From Polyangiaceae bacterium (lineage in GTDB: Bacteria; Myxococcota_A; Polyangia; Polyangiales; Polyangiaceae): DNA of 64,000 nt. This document shows, piece after piece, positions 39,265 through 48,466 of the stretch. Location of the stretch: assembly GCA_016715885.1 (NCBI GenBank), contig JADJXL010000022.1, positions 139,588 to 203,587 of the forward strand. Reading direction: 5' to 3'. The position numbers were made by a program, and so were the translations under genes. Position 1 is the stretch's first letter, and the number at the start of each line of letters is the position of its first letter. The notes under the pieces are model-generated. The model had not been told where the DNA came from and searched no databases. It saw only the letters and a list, made by a program, of their open reading frames with translations.

Positions 39265-40590
39265 ATGCGAAGCACATCCTTCACGTTACACGTAACTTGT
39301 GGCCTATTCATTTTCGCGGCCGTTGCCTGCGAAACCGGCAATGTAAAAGATGACCCCGTCAATTCCAGTGGCGGCGGCGGATCCGGCGCCGGCACCGCAA
39401 GCGTCGTCGATCCCATGTGCGGTGTCGAAGCGACCGTCGATTCGACGCCGACATATGCCGAAGTCGTTGCACCCATCATCATGAAAAATTGCGCCAATTG
39501 CCATCGTGATGGTGGCATTGCGCCATTTACACTGCTCACGTACGAAGAAACCAAGCTGCTCGCGGGCCTCATCAAGGATCGCACGACCGCGCGCGAAATG
39601 CCCCCATTCAATCCGAACAACTGCGGCCATTGCAATACATTCCAGGATGCTCGGTGGCTCACGCCTGAAGAAATCGCCATCCTTGCTGCGTGGGCGGATG
39701 CCGGAGCGCCCTCCGGCGACTTGGCCAAAGCACCTTCGCCTCCTGCGCCGCCGCAAGGTTTGACCGAAGCGAATGCAACGTGGGACATGGGCGTCGCGTA
39801 TACGCCGGACGCCAAACTTGCAGACGATTACCGATGTTTCCTCGTCGACGCGCAAACCGCGACGGACAAGTTCCTCACCGGATTCGAAGTGCTGCCTGGC
39901 GACGCACGCGTCGTGCATCACGTGATTGCGTACACGCTCGATTCAGACGCTGCGCAGACTCAGGCCGAGGCGCTCGATGCCCAAGATCCGACCCCCGGAT
40001 ACCGATGTTTCGGAGGCGCCGAGGTTGCCAGTCGATTTACCGTCGGCTGGGCGCCGGGCGGTGGTCCGACTCGATTTCCCGCGGGTACGGGATTGCGAGT
40101 TCCTGGCGGCCGCAAAATCGTCATGCAAGTTCATTACAACTTGGCGAGCGGCGCGCTCCCGGATCAAACCAAGATCAAAGTCAATCTCGTAGACAAAGTC
40201 GACAAGGAGGCGACCATTTCCCAAGTGGGCACCAGCAATATCTTTTTGCCTCCCGGACAACCTCTGGTCGAGGTTTCCCATGAAGAGACGATCCCTTCGC
40301 AGGTGCCAACCGTGACCATTTGGGGCGTCGCGCCGCACATGCACGGCGCTGGAAAAACGATGCGCGTCACGACGCAATCGGGTGGGCAATCGCAGTGCCT
40401 GATCGACGTGACCAACTGGGATTTCCACTGGCAATCGTTCTCGATGTACGAAACGCCCCTCAAGGCAAGCGGCGGCGATTTGGTCAAGCTGACCTGCGGC
40501 TACGATACCACCGGACGCGATGCCGTCACGACGTTCGGCGAAGGCACCGAAGACGAAATGTGTATTGCGTTTTTCTACGTCACGCTGTGA
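39265..40590 (+). CDS. Lipoprotein with an N-terminal PSCyt1-type cytochrome c domain (CxxCH) fused to a copper type II monooxygenase-like (PHM/DBH-like) domain.
   Basis: The lipobox is FAAVAC. The heme motif is CANCHRDGGIAPFTLLTYEE...REMPPF. Copper-site-like histidines are HHVIAY, QVHYN and HMHGAGKTM, followed by NWDFHWQ. Confidence 0.55.
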   Translation: MRSTSFTLHVTCGLFIFAAVACETGNVKDDPVNSSGGGGSGAGTASVVDPMCGVEATVDSTPTYAEVVAPIIMKNCANCHRDGGIAPFTLLTYEETKLLAGLIKDRTTAREMPPFNPNNCGHCNTFQDARWLTPEEIAILAAWADAGAPSGDLAKAPSPPAPPQGLTEANATWDMGVAYTPDAKLADDYRCFLVDAQTATDKFLTGFEVLPGDARVVHHVIAYTLDSDAAQTQAEALDAQDPTPGYRCFGGAEVASRFTVGWAPGGGPTRFPAGTGLRVPGGRKIVMQVHYNLASGALPDQTKIKVNLVDKVDKEATISQVGTSNIFLPPGQPLVEVSHEETIPSQVPTVTIWGVAPHMHGAGKTMRVTTQSGGQSQCLIDVTNWDFHWQSFSMYETPLKASGGDLVKLTCGYDTTGRDAVTTFGEGTEDEMCIAFFYVTL

Positions 40591-40609
40591 ATGCGCCTAA
40601 ACGATGTAG

Positions 40610-41428
40610 TTAGGCCATTCCTTTTTGAGCAAGCCATTCTCGAGCGAGCTCGTCCATGTCGTCCATCTGCAAAGGATGGAAATCGGGTCGCAGGTATGCC
40701 TTGACCATGCGAAACAGCCTGCGAGGGCGGACGCCAATCGTTTTGAATTTCGCGAAATCGGCGCTGAAGTTCGTGGACTGCCCCCGCGTGTCTTGCCGAA
40801 TCAGCGTAATCATGGCCGCTGCCCAAAATGCCCCGAGCAGCAATGTGGCCATGGCAAACCCTGCCATACGCAAGCCATAACCAGGAGCAACCTTGTTCAG
40901 CACGTCGAAGGCGACCGCGCGGTGCTCGATTTCTTCAGACGCATGCCAATTGAGCAAGTCGCGTAATGCAGGGTGCGCCTTGTCGAGCAGCTTGTAGCGC
41001 AAAGCGCTGTGAGCAAGCGCCGCCGTGTAATGTTCCAATGCGGCGGTCGTCGCGAGGCGAAATGCGGCCGGGGCGTTCGGCTCGATGTACTCATAACCGA
41101 TTTTCTCGTATAGCCGCAGAAATTCACGAATCTCGTACCCTTGCGCTTCCATGCATGCGAAAAAATCTTCGTGCGCGCGGGCGTGACGGCCTTCTTGGCC
41201 AAAGAATCCGCGCACTTGCTTTTTCAGCTCGGGGTCTTCGAGTTTGTCCAAGTAATGATGAACGCTGCGGACGAAAAACCGTTCGCCTGCAGGGAAAAGC
41301 AAATTTACGCCATTGACCATGTGGCTGGCGAGCATGCTATCGGCGAACCAGTGCTTGGGGATGGTCTCGTCGAAAACGAGGTCCGGATTGCGAGGCTTGA
41401 TCGCGGGGCGGCTGGCAACGGTTTGCAT
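40610..41428 (-). CDS. Predicted metal-dependent hydrolase (COG3687 family).
   Basis: Length and motifs match (HHYLDKLEDPELKKQVRGFFGQEGRHARAHEDF, EEIEHRAVAFDVL). Confidence 0.6.
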   Translation of the reverse strand: MQTVASRPAIKPRNPDLVFDETIPKHWFADSMLASHMVNGVNLLFPAGERFFVRSVHHYLDKLEDPELKKQVRGFFGQEGRHARAHEDFFACMEAQGYEIREFLRLYEKIGYEYIEPNAPAAFRLATTAALEHYTAALAHSALRYKLLDKAHPALRDLLNWHASEEIEHRAVAFDVLNKVAPGYGLRMAGFAMATLLLGAFWAAAMITLIRQDTRGQSTNFSADFAKFKTIGVRPRRLFRMVKAYLRPDFHPLQMDDMDELAREWLAQKGMA

Positions 41429-41654
41429 GGGGAACCTCGATAAGAAGCGTAACGAAAATGCCTTCGCGCGTCAACCGTTTTGACGCACGAGGTCAATGGC
41501 GCTCGTGCAATGCAATGGAGGGAGCTGCCGGTTGAGACAAACACTTGGTGTTCCAACGAATTGGCTTAGCTTGTTGAATCCGCTGCGCTGCGAAGCACAA
41601 AAGTTTGTCACTACCCACTTTCCTTGCCCTCCGTCGCGTGCTAACTTCGAACGC

Positions 41655-42482
41655 ATGACCGTGCTGCACACGCACATTCCGCGGAGCACTGGACCGATCG
41701 AGCTGCGCGATCTCGGGCCGAATGGCAGGCCGCTCGGTACGCGTGCCGATTGTTACGACGGCAGTCCTTGGGAGCTTCATCGCGGAGAGCTGGTTCGGCA
41801 GATGAGCAGCAACGGTATCCACTCGATCCTCATGTTTTTGCTTGGAACGCTGTTTCGCACGCATGCGCGAGACGGTCATGACGTCATGGGTGACGTCTAT
41901 TGCGAGCTCATCGATCCTGACGAGACGTTGTCGATACGCGCTCCGGATGTCGTGCTGGCGCGCTCCGTAAAGCGGCTGAAGGACGGGCCCTTCCAGGGGA
42001 TCCCAATCGTCGCCGTCGAGATTCGTGCGACGCAGTCGAAAAAGCAGCTCGAGGAAAAGGTCAAGCTGTACCTCGAACACGACTGGCCTTGCATTTGGCT
42101 CGTGCACGCGGAGCGCCGAGAGATCGAGATCGTTACGCCGGACGCAGCCCCCGTCGTGTATCGCCATGGCACCGACGTGCCGCTCGTGCCGGAGCTCGAT
42201 AAGTATGAGCTCAAACGAATTCCCGTCGCAGCGCTGTTCGACAAGGAGAAGTTCAAGTCGTTCTGCGATGGATGGGTTCATCAATTGGCCGCAGCTCGCG
42301 CACACGCGCGATCACTCCGCAGCGTGCTCGATGCGCGCAAGTTTGTCGTGGCCACGGACGTGTACCAGCGCATCGTGACCACCAAGGACATCGAAGCGCT
42401 CGAACGATGGCTCGTCTTGGCGGCAACCGCGACATCTGCGGAAGCTTTCGAACGAAGCGTTCAAGCGGACGCGCACGCCTAA
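41655..42482 (+). CDS. Uma2-family (DUF820) putative endonuclease with a C-terminal extension.
   Basis: A PD-(D/E)xK-like core is present (PDVVLARS..., VAVEIRATQS, EEKVKLYLEHDWPCIWLV). Confidence 0.55.
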   Translation: MTVLHTHIPRSTGPIELRDLGPNGRPLGTRADCYDGSPWELHRGELVRQMSSNGIHSILMFLLGTLFRTHARDGHDVMGDVYCELIDPDETLSIRAPDVVLARSVKRLKDGPFQGIPIVAVEIRATQSKKQLEEKVKLYLEHDWPCIWLVHAERREIEIVTPDAAPVVYRHGTDVPLVPELDKYELKRIPVAALFDKEKFKSFCDGWVHQLAAARAHARSLRSVLDARKFVVATDVYQRIVTTKDIEALERWLVLAATATSAEAFERSVQADAHA

Positions 42483-42602
42483 TCTGCCAGCTCGAACCGG
42501 GAAACCGGTGACCTTGCGCAGTTCTGCATGCGCTGCGCCAAGTGTATTTTGTCCCGACGCACGTTGGAATCCGCCGCGATTTGCGCCAAACTCGACGGCG
42601 CG

Positions 42603-44126
42603 ATGCAACTTCGTTCACCGTTTCTTCTCACCGCCCTCGCTCTCGTGTCGTGCTCGGCGCCCACTGCGCAACCTCGCGCGTCTTCATGTGCGCCATGTCC
42701 GCCATGTGCTGCGGCAAGCAATGCGCCGCAGCCCGCAGCGATGACGGGAAGCTCGCCCAACGCCGACCCTTCCGCGGACAAACCCCAAGCGCCAAGCGAT
42801 CCCATAACGGACAAACTTCAGACGCTCGCGCGCACCGAGTCGCGTGCGTACGACCTCGTGCGATCGCTCGTGGACGAAGCAGGATCGCGTTTGTCCGGGT
42901 CAAAGGGGGACAAAGCAGCGGTCGCGTGGGGCGTGCGCACGATGAAGGAGCTCGGGCTGCAAAACGTCCGGGCCGAAAAGGTGATGGTTCCGCATTGGGA
43001 ACGAGGCGCGGAGAGCGGGAAAATCGTGTCTCCCTCGTCGCATACATTGGTGCTGACGGCGCTCGGAGGAAGCGTATCGACCAAAGGCAAAGGAATCGAA
43101 GCCGAAGTCGTCATGGTCGATTCGATGGAGGCGCTGGAAAAAATCGAGGAATCGAAGGTCAAAGGCAAAATCGTCTTTTACTCGACGCGCATGAAGCGAT
43201 CGAATACGGGTGAAGATTATGGTCGAGTAGGGCCGATTCGAGCGTATGGGGCGATTGCGGCGGCGAAAAAAGGTGCCATTGCGGTGGTCATTCGTTCCGT
43301 GGGTACGGATCACGATCGATTTCCGCACACGGGGGGCATGAGGTACGAAAAGGGCGTGCCGGAGATTCCTGCTGCGGCGCTTGCGGTGCCGGACGCCGAG
43401 CTTCTCGAGCGATTGGTTTCTGCGGGCAAACCCGTGCGAATGGCGTTATCGCTTGCCAGCAAAACATTTCCGGATGCGGAGAGCGCGAACGTCGTGGGGG
43501 AGGTTGTTGGCCGGGAAAAACCCAACGAAATCGTACTTTTGGGTGCGCATCTCGATTCGTGGGACACCGGCGTGGGTGCCGTCGATGATGGTGCGGGCTG
43601 TGCGGCAATCATCGAAGCCGCGCGGCTCATGACGACGCTCCCCACGCGTCCGAGGCGCACGGTGCGGGTGGTGCTCTTTGCAAACGAAGAAAATGGGCTT
43701 CGCGGGGCCAAGACGTATGCGGTGGACCATGCAGCCGAAATCGATGCGCATCAGCTCGCGGTCGAAATCGATTTGGGATCCGGACGAGTGCATGCATTGA
43801 GGTTTTTGGGGGCCGACAGCGCATCTACGATCTTTTCTCGCATTGCAGGCCTCGTCGCGCCGCTCGGGATTACCTACGAGCAAGATCCTGCGAGTGGTGG
43901 TGCGGATTTGATTCCGCTAAGGCCGTTCGGCGTGCCCATGGCCGATTTGCAGCAAGATGCGACGAAATATTTCGACGTTCATCACACGGCCAACGACACA
44001 TTGGCGCAGGTCACGAAGGAGGACCTCGACCAAATCGTAGCGGCTGTGGCAACGGTTGCTTGGGCGGCCGCAGATGCCCCGGATTTTTTGGCGCGCGTGC
44101 CCGAGCAGCGGCGCAAGCGCAAATGA
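42603..44126 (+). CDS. M28-family aminopeptidase lipoprotein with a PA domain.
   Basis: The lipobox is LVSCSA. The M28 zinc-binding motifs are GAHLDSWDTGVGAVDDGAG and FANEENGLRG. Confidence 0.8.
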   Translation: MQLRSPFLLTALALVSCSAPTAQPRASSCAPCPPCAAASNAPQPAAMTGSSPNADPSADKPQAPSDPITDKLQTLARTESRAYDLVRSLVDEAGSRLSGSKGDKAAVAWGVRTMKELGLQNVRAEKVMVPHWERGAESGKIVSPSSHTLVLTALGGSVSTKGKGIEAEVVMVDSMEALEKIEESKVKGKIVFYSTRMKRSNTGEDYGRVGPIRAYGAIAAAKKGAIAVVIRSVGTDHDRFPHTGGMRYEKGVPEIPAAALAVPDAELLERLVSAGKPVRMALSLASKTFPDAESANVVGEVVGREKPNEIVLLGAHLDSWDTGVGAVDDGAGCAAIIEAARLMTTLPTRPRRTVRVVLFANEENGLRGAKTYAVDHAAEIDAHQLAVEIDLGSGRVHALRFLGADSASTIFSRIAGLVAPLGITYEQDPASGGADLIPLRPFGVPMADLQQDATKYFDVHHTANDTLAQVTKEDLDQIVAAVATVAWAAADAPDFLARVPEQRRKRK

Positions 44127-44205
44127 AACCACGCGCACGCCCGATATGCATCGCGTTGCGCTATGCACCGACAAATCCCTCTCGACACGCACATGACGTT
44201 GCGTT

Positions 44206-45141
44206 ATGAGGCGACTCATGAGAACAGGACAAGCGTTTTTCGTCGTGCTTGCATTGGGTGCTGGCGTGGCTGCCTGCGGTGGCGAATCGACGCCGGATAC
44301 AAAGACACCGGTCGCGACCACGACACCTCCGGCAGATTCGGCCGTGGCCGCGACACCTCCGCCGGCGGAAAAAAAGGCGCCACCTCCGGTCGTCGAAGAC
44401 ATGAAGCCGAGCGACGACCCGACACCGCTGCCGTCGGTCAAAATCACGTCCCCGAAGAATGACGCATCGGTGGGTGATTTGGCCAAAGCCAAAGACTTCG
44501 AAGTGAAGCTCGACGTCAAGGATTGGGCGACGGTCGAAGGCGGCCCTCACGTGCATTTGATTCTCGATGGGCTTCCCTACAAGCCCATTTACGACACGGC
44601 GAAGCCCGTGAAGCTTTCCGAGCTTTTGATGGGCACCGAGCTTGCCGAAGGCGAACACACGCTCGTGGCATTTGCGAGCCGAGCGACGCATGAATCGGTC
44701 AAGGGTGCCGGGGCGCAGGCGCTCGTGACGTTTTGGGTGGGCAAGAAGGGCAAAGCTGCATTCGATCCGAAAAAGCCGCACTTGGTTTACAGCCGTCCCA
44801 AAGGTGAGAACAAGGGGTCGATGGCGCAGGAGCTGCTGCTCGATTTCTACTTGTTCGGCACGAAGCTCGACAACGGCGAAAAGGTGAAATACTCGATCAC
44901 GGGTGGGGGCCTCGAGGCACCGCTCACGGGTGAATTCACGACTTGGGCGCCGAAAATCGCAAAGCATCTTCCGAAAGGCGATTACGAAGTCACGGTCGAG
45001 CTGGTCGACAAGGACGGCAAGGCATTCGAAGGGCCGTTGACGAAGACGACGCGCAAGGGAATCAAGCTGGATCCGGAAGGCGTGGCGGACATGGGGCATG
45101 GCGGAGCGCATGGCGCGCCGGCTGCTCCGGAAAAGAAGTAG
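44206..45141 (+). CDS. Hypothetical lipoprotein.
   Basis: A signal peptide with the lipobox GVAACGG, then Pro/Ala-rich and Lys-rich beta-rich sequence. Confidence 0.5.
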   Translation: MRRLMRTGQAFFVVLALGAGVAACGGESTPDTKTPVATTTPPADSAVAATPPPAEKKAPPPVVEDMKPSDDPTPLPSVKITSPKNDASVGDLAKAKDFEVKLDVKDWATVEGGPHVHLILDGLPYKPIYDTAKPVKLSELLMGTELAEGEHTLVAFASRATHESVKGAGAQALVTFWVGKKGKAAFDPKKPHLVYSRPKGENKGSMAQELLLDFYLFGTKLDNGEKVKYSITGGGLEAPLTGEFTTWAPKIAKHLPKGDYEVTVELVDKDGKAFEGPLTKTTRKGIKLDPEGVADMGHGGAHGAPAAPEKK

Positions 45142-45473
45142 CAGCGCACGCTTTCCCACGGCCTACTCCATTTGGTTTGTCTTTCGGAAACCATATGGAA
45201 TGCGACATGTGCGCGTGCTGCACCGCTCGGTGCGCGCATGGAATTGCTCACGTCAATGGCCACATGAATTCGTCATCGCATTGATCATTTACCAATGCGT
45301 AGGAAAAACCATTGCAACGAATTCGGCTGGCGATTCCTGGGGTTCGAACAAGCCATTCGTATTGTCTGTTGAATGCTCGGAAATGAAATGTAACCGACCC
45401 GTGACGAAATCGGAACGCGACTCGTTCGTCGGATCTCGACGCCGGCGCTCCCCTGGGCCAAAAGTACCCGTCG

Positions 45474-46370
45474 ATGCAAGAGGCACGCTCGGAGCTCGCT
45501 TCCAAGCTTCTCGATCCCAAGTTCGTCCGTGAGCTCGAAGTCCTTCGGCGAAGGCTCGAAGTGCGCGCACGATCGGGAGCTTCGGGCGAACACACCGCAC
45601 GACGCCGCGGAGGCTCCGCGGAATTCCAAGAACATCGCCCGTACAGTCCCGGCGATGACTTGCGCCGCATCGATTGGGCCGCCTATGCGCGCACGGACGA
45701 ACCCGTCCTGAAACTCTTTCGCGCCGAAGAAGACGTCATCCTCCGCATCGTCGTCGATGCTTCCGCGTCGCTCGATTTCGGAACGCCACCGAAGTTCGAA
45801 GCAGCAAGTCGTTTGGCAGCCGCGTTCGGATACATGGCGCTTGCGTCGTCGGAACGCGCGCAAGTCGTTGCGGCCGGCGAAGGCATCGTGCGAGAAGAAA
45901 CGCCCGTGCGCGGTCGAAATGGCCTCTTGGGGCTACTTCGCGCCCTCGCCGCCATTACCCCGCGTGGTGGAACGGACTTGTCTCGAGCGATCGATACGAT
46001 CGTTCGAAAAAGCAAGCGCCCAGGCATGATGCTCGTCGTTTCCGATTTTTTCGACGGTGGCCCACTCGTGACCGCAATCAGCCGCGCCGTGGCCGCCGGT
46101 CACGATGTGTCCCTCGTTCAAGTCGTCGCTCCCGAAGAAATAGAACCGGTTTACGATGGCGATTGGGCGCTCGAGGATGCCGAGTCAGGAGCAATCGTGG
46201 AAGTGACGATGGACGCCGAAGCGCTCGAAGCCTACGCCCTGCGATTTGCCGGTCTTTGCGAAGAATTGCGACAAGTTGCGCGCCGTCATCGAGCCACCTA
46301 CGTGCGCGCTCGTACGGACGAACCGCTCGAAGGTGTCGTTCGTCGAATCGTATCGAGGAGCATCGACTGA
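45474..46370 (+). CDS. DUF58-family protein (MoxR-associated).
   Basis: The DUF58 core is GSAEFQEHRPYSPGDDLRRIDWAAYARTDEPVLKLFRAEEDV. Confidence 0.75.
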   Translation: MQEARSELASKLLDPKFVRELEVLRRRLEVRARSGASGEHTARRRGGSAEFQEHRPYSPGDDLRRIDWAAYARTDEPVLKLFRAEEDVILRIVVDASASLDFGTPPKFEAASRLAAAFGYMALASSERAQVVAAGEGIVREETPVRGRNGLLGLLRALAAITPRGGTDLSRAIDTIVRKSKRPGMMLVVSDFFDGGPLVTAISRAVAAGHDVSLVQVVAPEEIEPVYDGDWALEDAESGAIVEVTMDAEALEAYALRFAGLCEELRQVARRHRATYVRARTDEPLEGVVRRIVSRSID

Positions 46371-48443
46371 ATGAGCCTCGAACGTTTCGACGCGTCGATC
46401 GCGGCCCCGACAAACCTTTCCGAAGCGTCGCTTTTTGCGTCCGCGTCGAGCTCGGGGGCACCACTCGACTTGCTCGCGCCCAAAGGCCTTGCGCTGCTTG
46501 GACTGCTCGCTCCGCTCATCCTGCTCTACATCCTGAAGGTTCGTCGCAAACGACTGCGCGTCGCATCGACATGGCTTTGGGCTTCGGCCAAGCGAGATCT
46601 CATTGCTCGCTCGCCGTGGAAAAAACTCATCACCCAAGTGCCGCTCGTGCTCCAAGCATTGGCCCTCTTGCTACTTGGTCTCGCCCTCGCACGACCTGCG
46701 ACGCGAGGGCGCGCGATCATGGGCGATCACGTGGCCATCATCATCGATGCGAGCGCGTCGATGTCGGCGGAAAACGTTTTGGATGACAAACCCGCCACGC
46801 GTATCGAAATCGCGCGGCGCGTAGCCAAAGACATTCTATCTGCGATGTCGCCCGGCAGTGACGCCATGCTCCTCGAAGCTGGGCGCGAAGCTCGCGTCGT
46901 CACACCGCTCGACCGAGACGTCGTGCGCCTCAAAGCCGCGCTCGATACCGTGCGCGCCTACGACGTCGAAGGAGACCTTGGCGCCGCTATCGCACTTGCG
47001 GTCGATCGCCTGAAGCAGCTCGGTGGATCGCGACGCATCGTGATCGTGACCGATGGCAACCTCGCATCGCCAGCGGCGCTGAACGGCGTGTCGTTGCCGG
47101 TCGAAGTGATCACCGTTGGTACGCCCGTCGAAAATGCCGGGATCGTGCGCGTGGACGTGCGATCGGGGATCGAACCGACGTTGAAGCGCGAGCAAGTCCA
47201 AGCGTTCCTCGTCGTGGCGAACTTCGGTGCGTCTCCGCGCGAGCTTTACGTGACGATGCGCGAAGACAACGCCTCCGACGTACTCGCTTCGCGCAAGATC
47301 CTGGTTGGTCCGGGCGAACGTCAGCCCGTGGTGCTGGATTTTTTGCCGGCTCCCGGCGATTACCGACGCGGGCTCATCTTCGACATCGCGCCGCACGACA
47401 AGATGGAGGTCGACGACATGGCGTATGCTCGCGTGCCCGCCGGGGACAAACTTCCCGTCGTGTATGCGGGTCCGGATCCCGAAAAAGTATCGCCCTGGAT
47501 CGAACGAGCGATCGTGAGTGATCCTGCCACGACGCTCAAAAAGGTTGCGCTCACGGAGCTGACGAATCCGGGCGTCGTGGAAATGGACGCTTTCGTCGTC
47601 GTCGAGGGCGCGTGTCCTTCCGTCATTCCGGGCGGCGATTTGCTCGTCCTCGCTCCTCCTCCCGGACCTTGTTTCGGAACGCTCGTTGGCCGAACGCTCG
47701 AACATCCCGCCATCACGTCGTGGGAGAGCGGCGACCCGCGCATGCGATTCTTGTCGCTCGATGGAGTCAGCATTGCGCGGGCCACCGCGCTTGCTCCGGA
47801 AGGCCCCACGCAAGAGCTGATTCGTACGCAAGAAGGAACCATCGCGACCGACATTTCCACGCCCTCGCGCACGGCGACGCTGCTTGGATTCGACGTGGGT
47901 GATAGCGATTGGCCGCTCAAGGCAAGCTTCGTTTTGTTCATGCGCAACTTGCTCGAACAGGCGCGTGTTCATCGCGCGTTTGGCGTGACCGGGCCTGCTC
48001 GTGCGGGGGAACCGCTCCGCGTTCGTCTGCCTGCATCGGCGAAAGACGTCGAAGTCGTCGGGCCCACGGGGGACAAACTCGACGTGTCGATTCGTGCGGG
48101 GCTCGCGGTCGTGCCGGAGACGTCGAAGGTGGGTTTGTACAAGTTTGCGTGGACGGGTCCCGAAGCAGGATCGCTGATTGTCCCGGCAAACCTCACGAGC
48201 GCACTGGAGAGCAACGTCACCGCCGCGATCACGACGGCTGGCCCTGTGCAAAGCGGGAACGTGGAAGTTCGAGCGGCCGCAGACGAACCGGATGCGCACA
48301 ACGAATGGACCTGGGTCCTTGCCCTTTGCGCGCTCGGGTTTGTCTTGGCGGATGTTTGGTACGTGACGCGTAGGCCCAGGCAAGCGAACATCGAGCCTTC
48401 GATGCCGCGCAAACCTCCTGCACCCGAAAGGAGGGCGGCCTGA
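46371..48443 (+). CDS. BatA-like membrane protein with an aerotolerance-type N-terminal TM domain and a vWA domain.
   Basis: The start ATG directly follows the DUF58 stop. BatA-N-like helices are present (LLGLLAPLILLYILKVRRKRLRVAS). The vWA metal-ion-dependent adhesion site motif is DHVAIIIDASASMS. Confidence 0.7.
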   Translation: MSLERFDASIAAPTNLSEASLFASASSSGAPLDLLAPKGLALLGLLAPLILLYILKVRRKRLRVASTWLWASAKRDLIARSPWKKLITQVPLVLQALALLLLGLALARPATRGRAIMGDHVAIIIDASASMSAENVLDDKPATRIEIARRVAKDILSAMSPGSDAMLLEAGREARVVTPLDRDVVRLKAALDTVRAYDVEGDLGAAIALAVDRLKQLGGSRRIVIVTDGNLASPAALNGVSLPVEVITVGTPVENAGIVRVDVRSGIEPTLKREQVQAFLVVANFGASPRELYVTMREDNASDVLASRKILVGPGERQPVVLDFLPAPGDYRRGLIFDIAPHDKMEVDDMAYARVPAGDKLPVVYAGPDPEKVSPWIERAIVSDPATTLKKVALTELTNPGVVEMDAFVVVEGACPSVIPGGDLLVLAPPPGPCFGTLVGRTLEHPAITSWESGDPRMRFLSLDGVSIARATALAPEGPTQELIRTQEGTIATDISTPSRTATLLGFDVGDSDWPLKASFVLFMRNLLEQARVHRAFGVTGPARAGEPLRVRLPASAKDVEVVGPTGDKLDVSIRAGLAVVPETSKVGLYKFAWTGPEAGSLIVPANLTSALESNVTAAITTAGPVQSGNVEVRAAADEPDAHNEWTWVLALCALGFVLADVWYVTRRPRQANIEPSMPRKPPAPERRAA

Positions 48444-48466
48444 TTCCCACCGAAGTTCGTCCCTAC

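Noticed and set aside
41655-42482. The Uma2 (DUF820) endonuclease as evidence of a mobile element.
   Set aside because: It is a stand-alone gene with no transposase, integrase or inverted or direct flanking repeats in the window.
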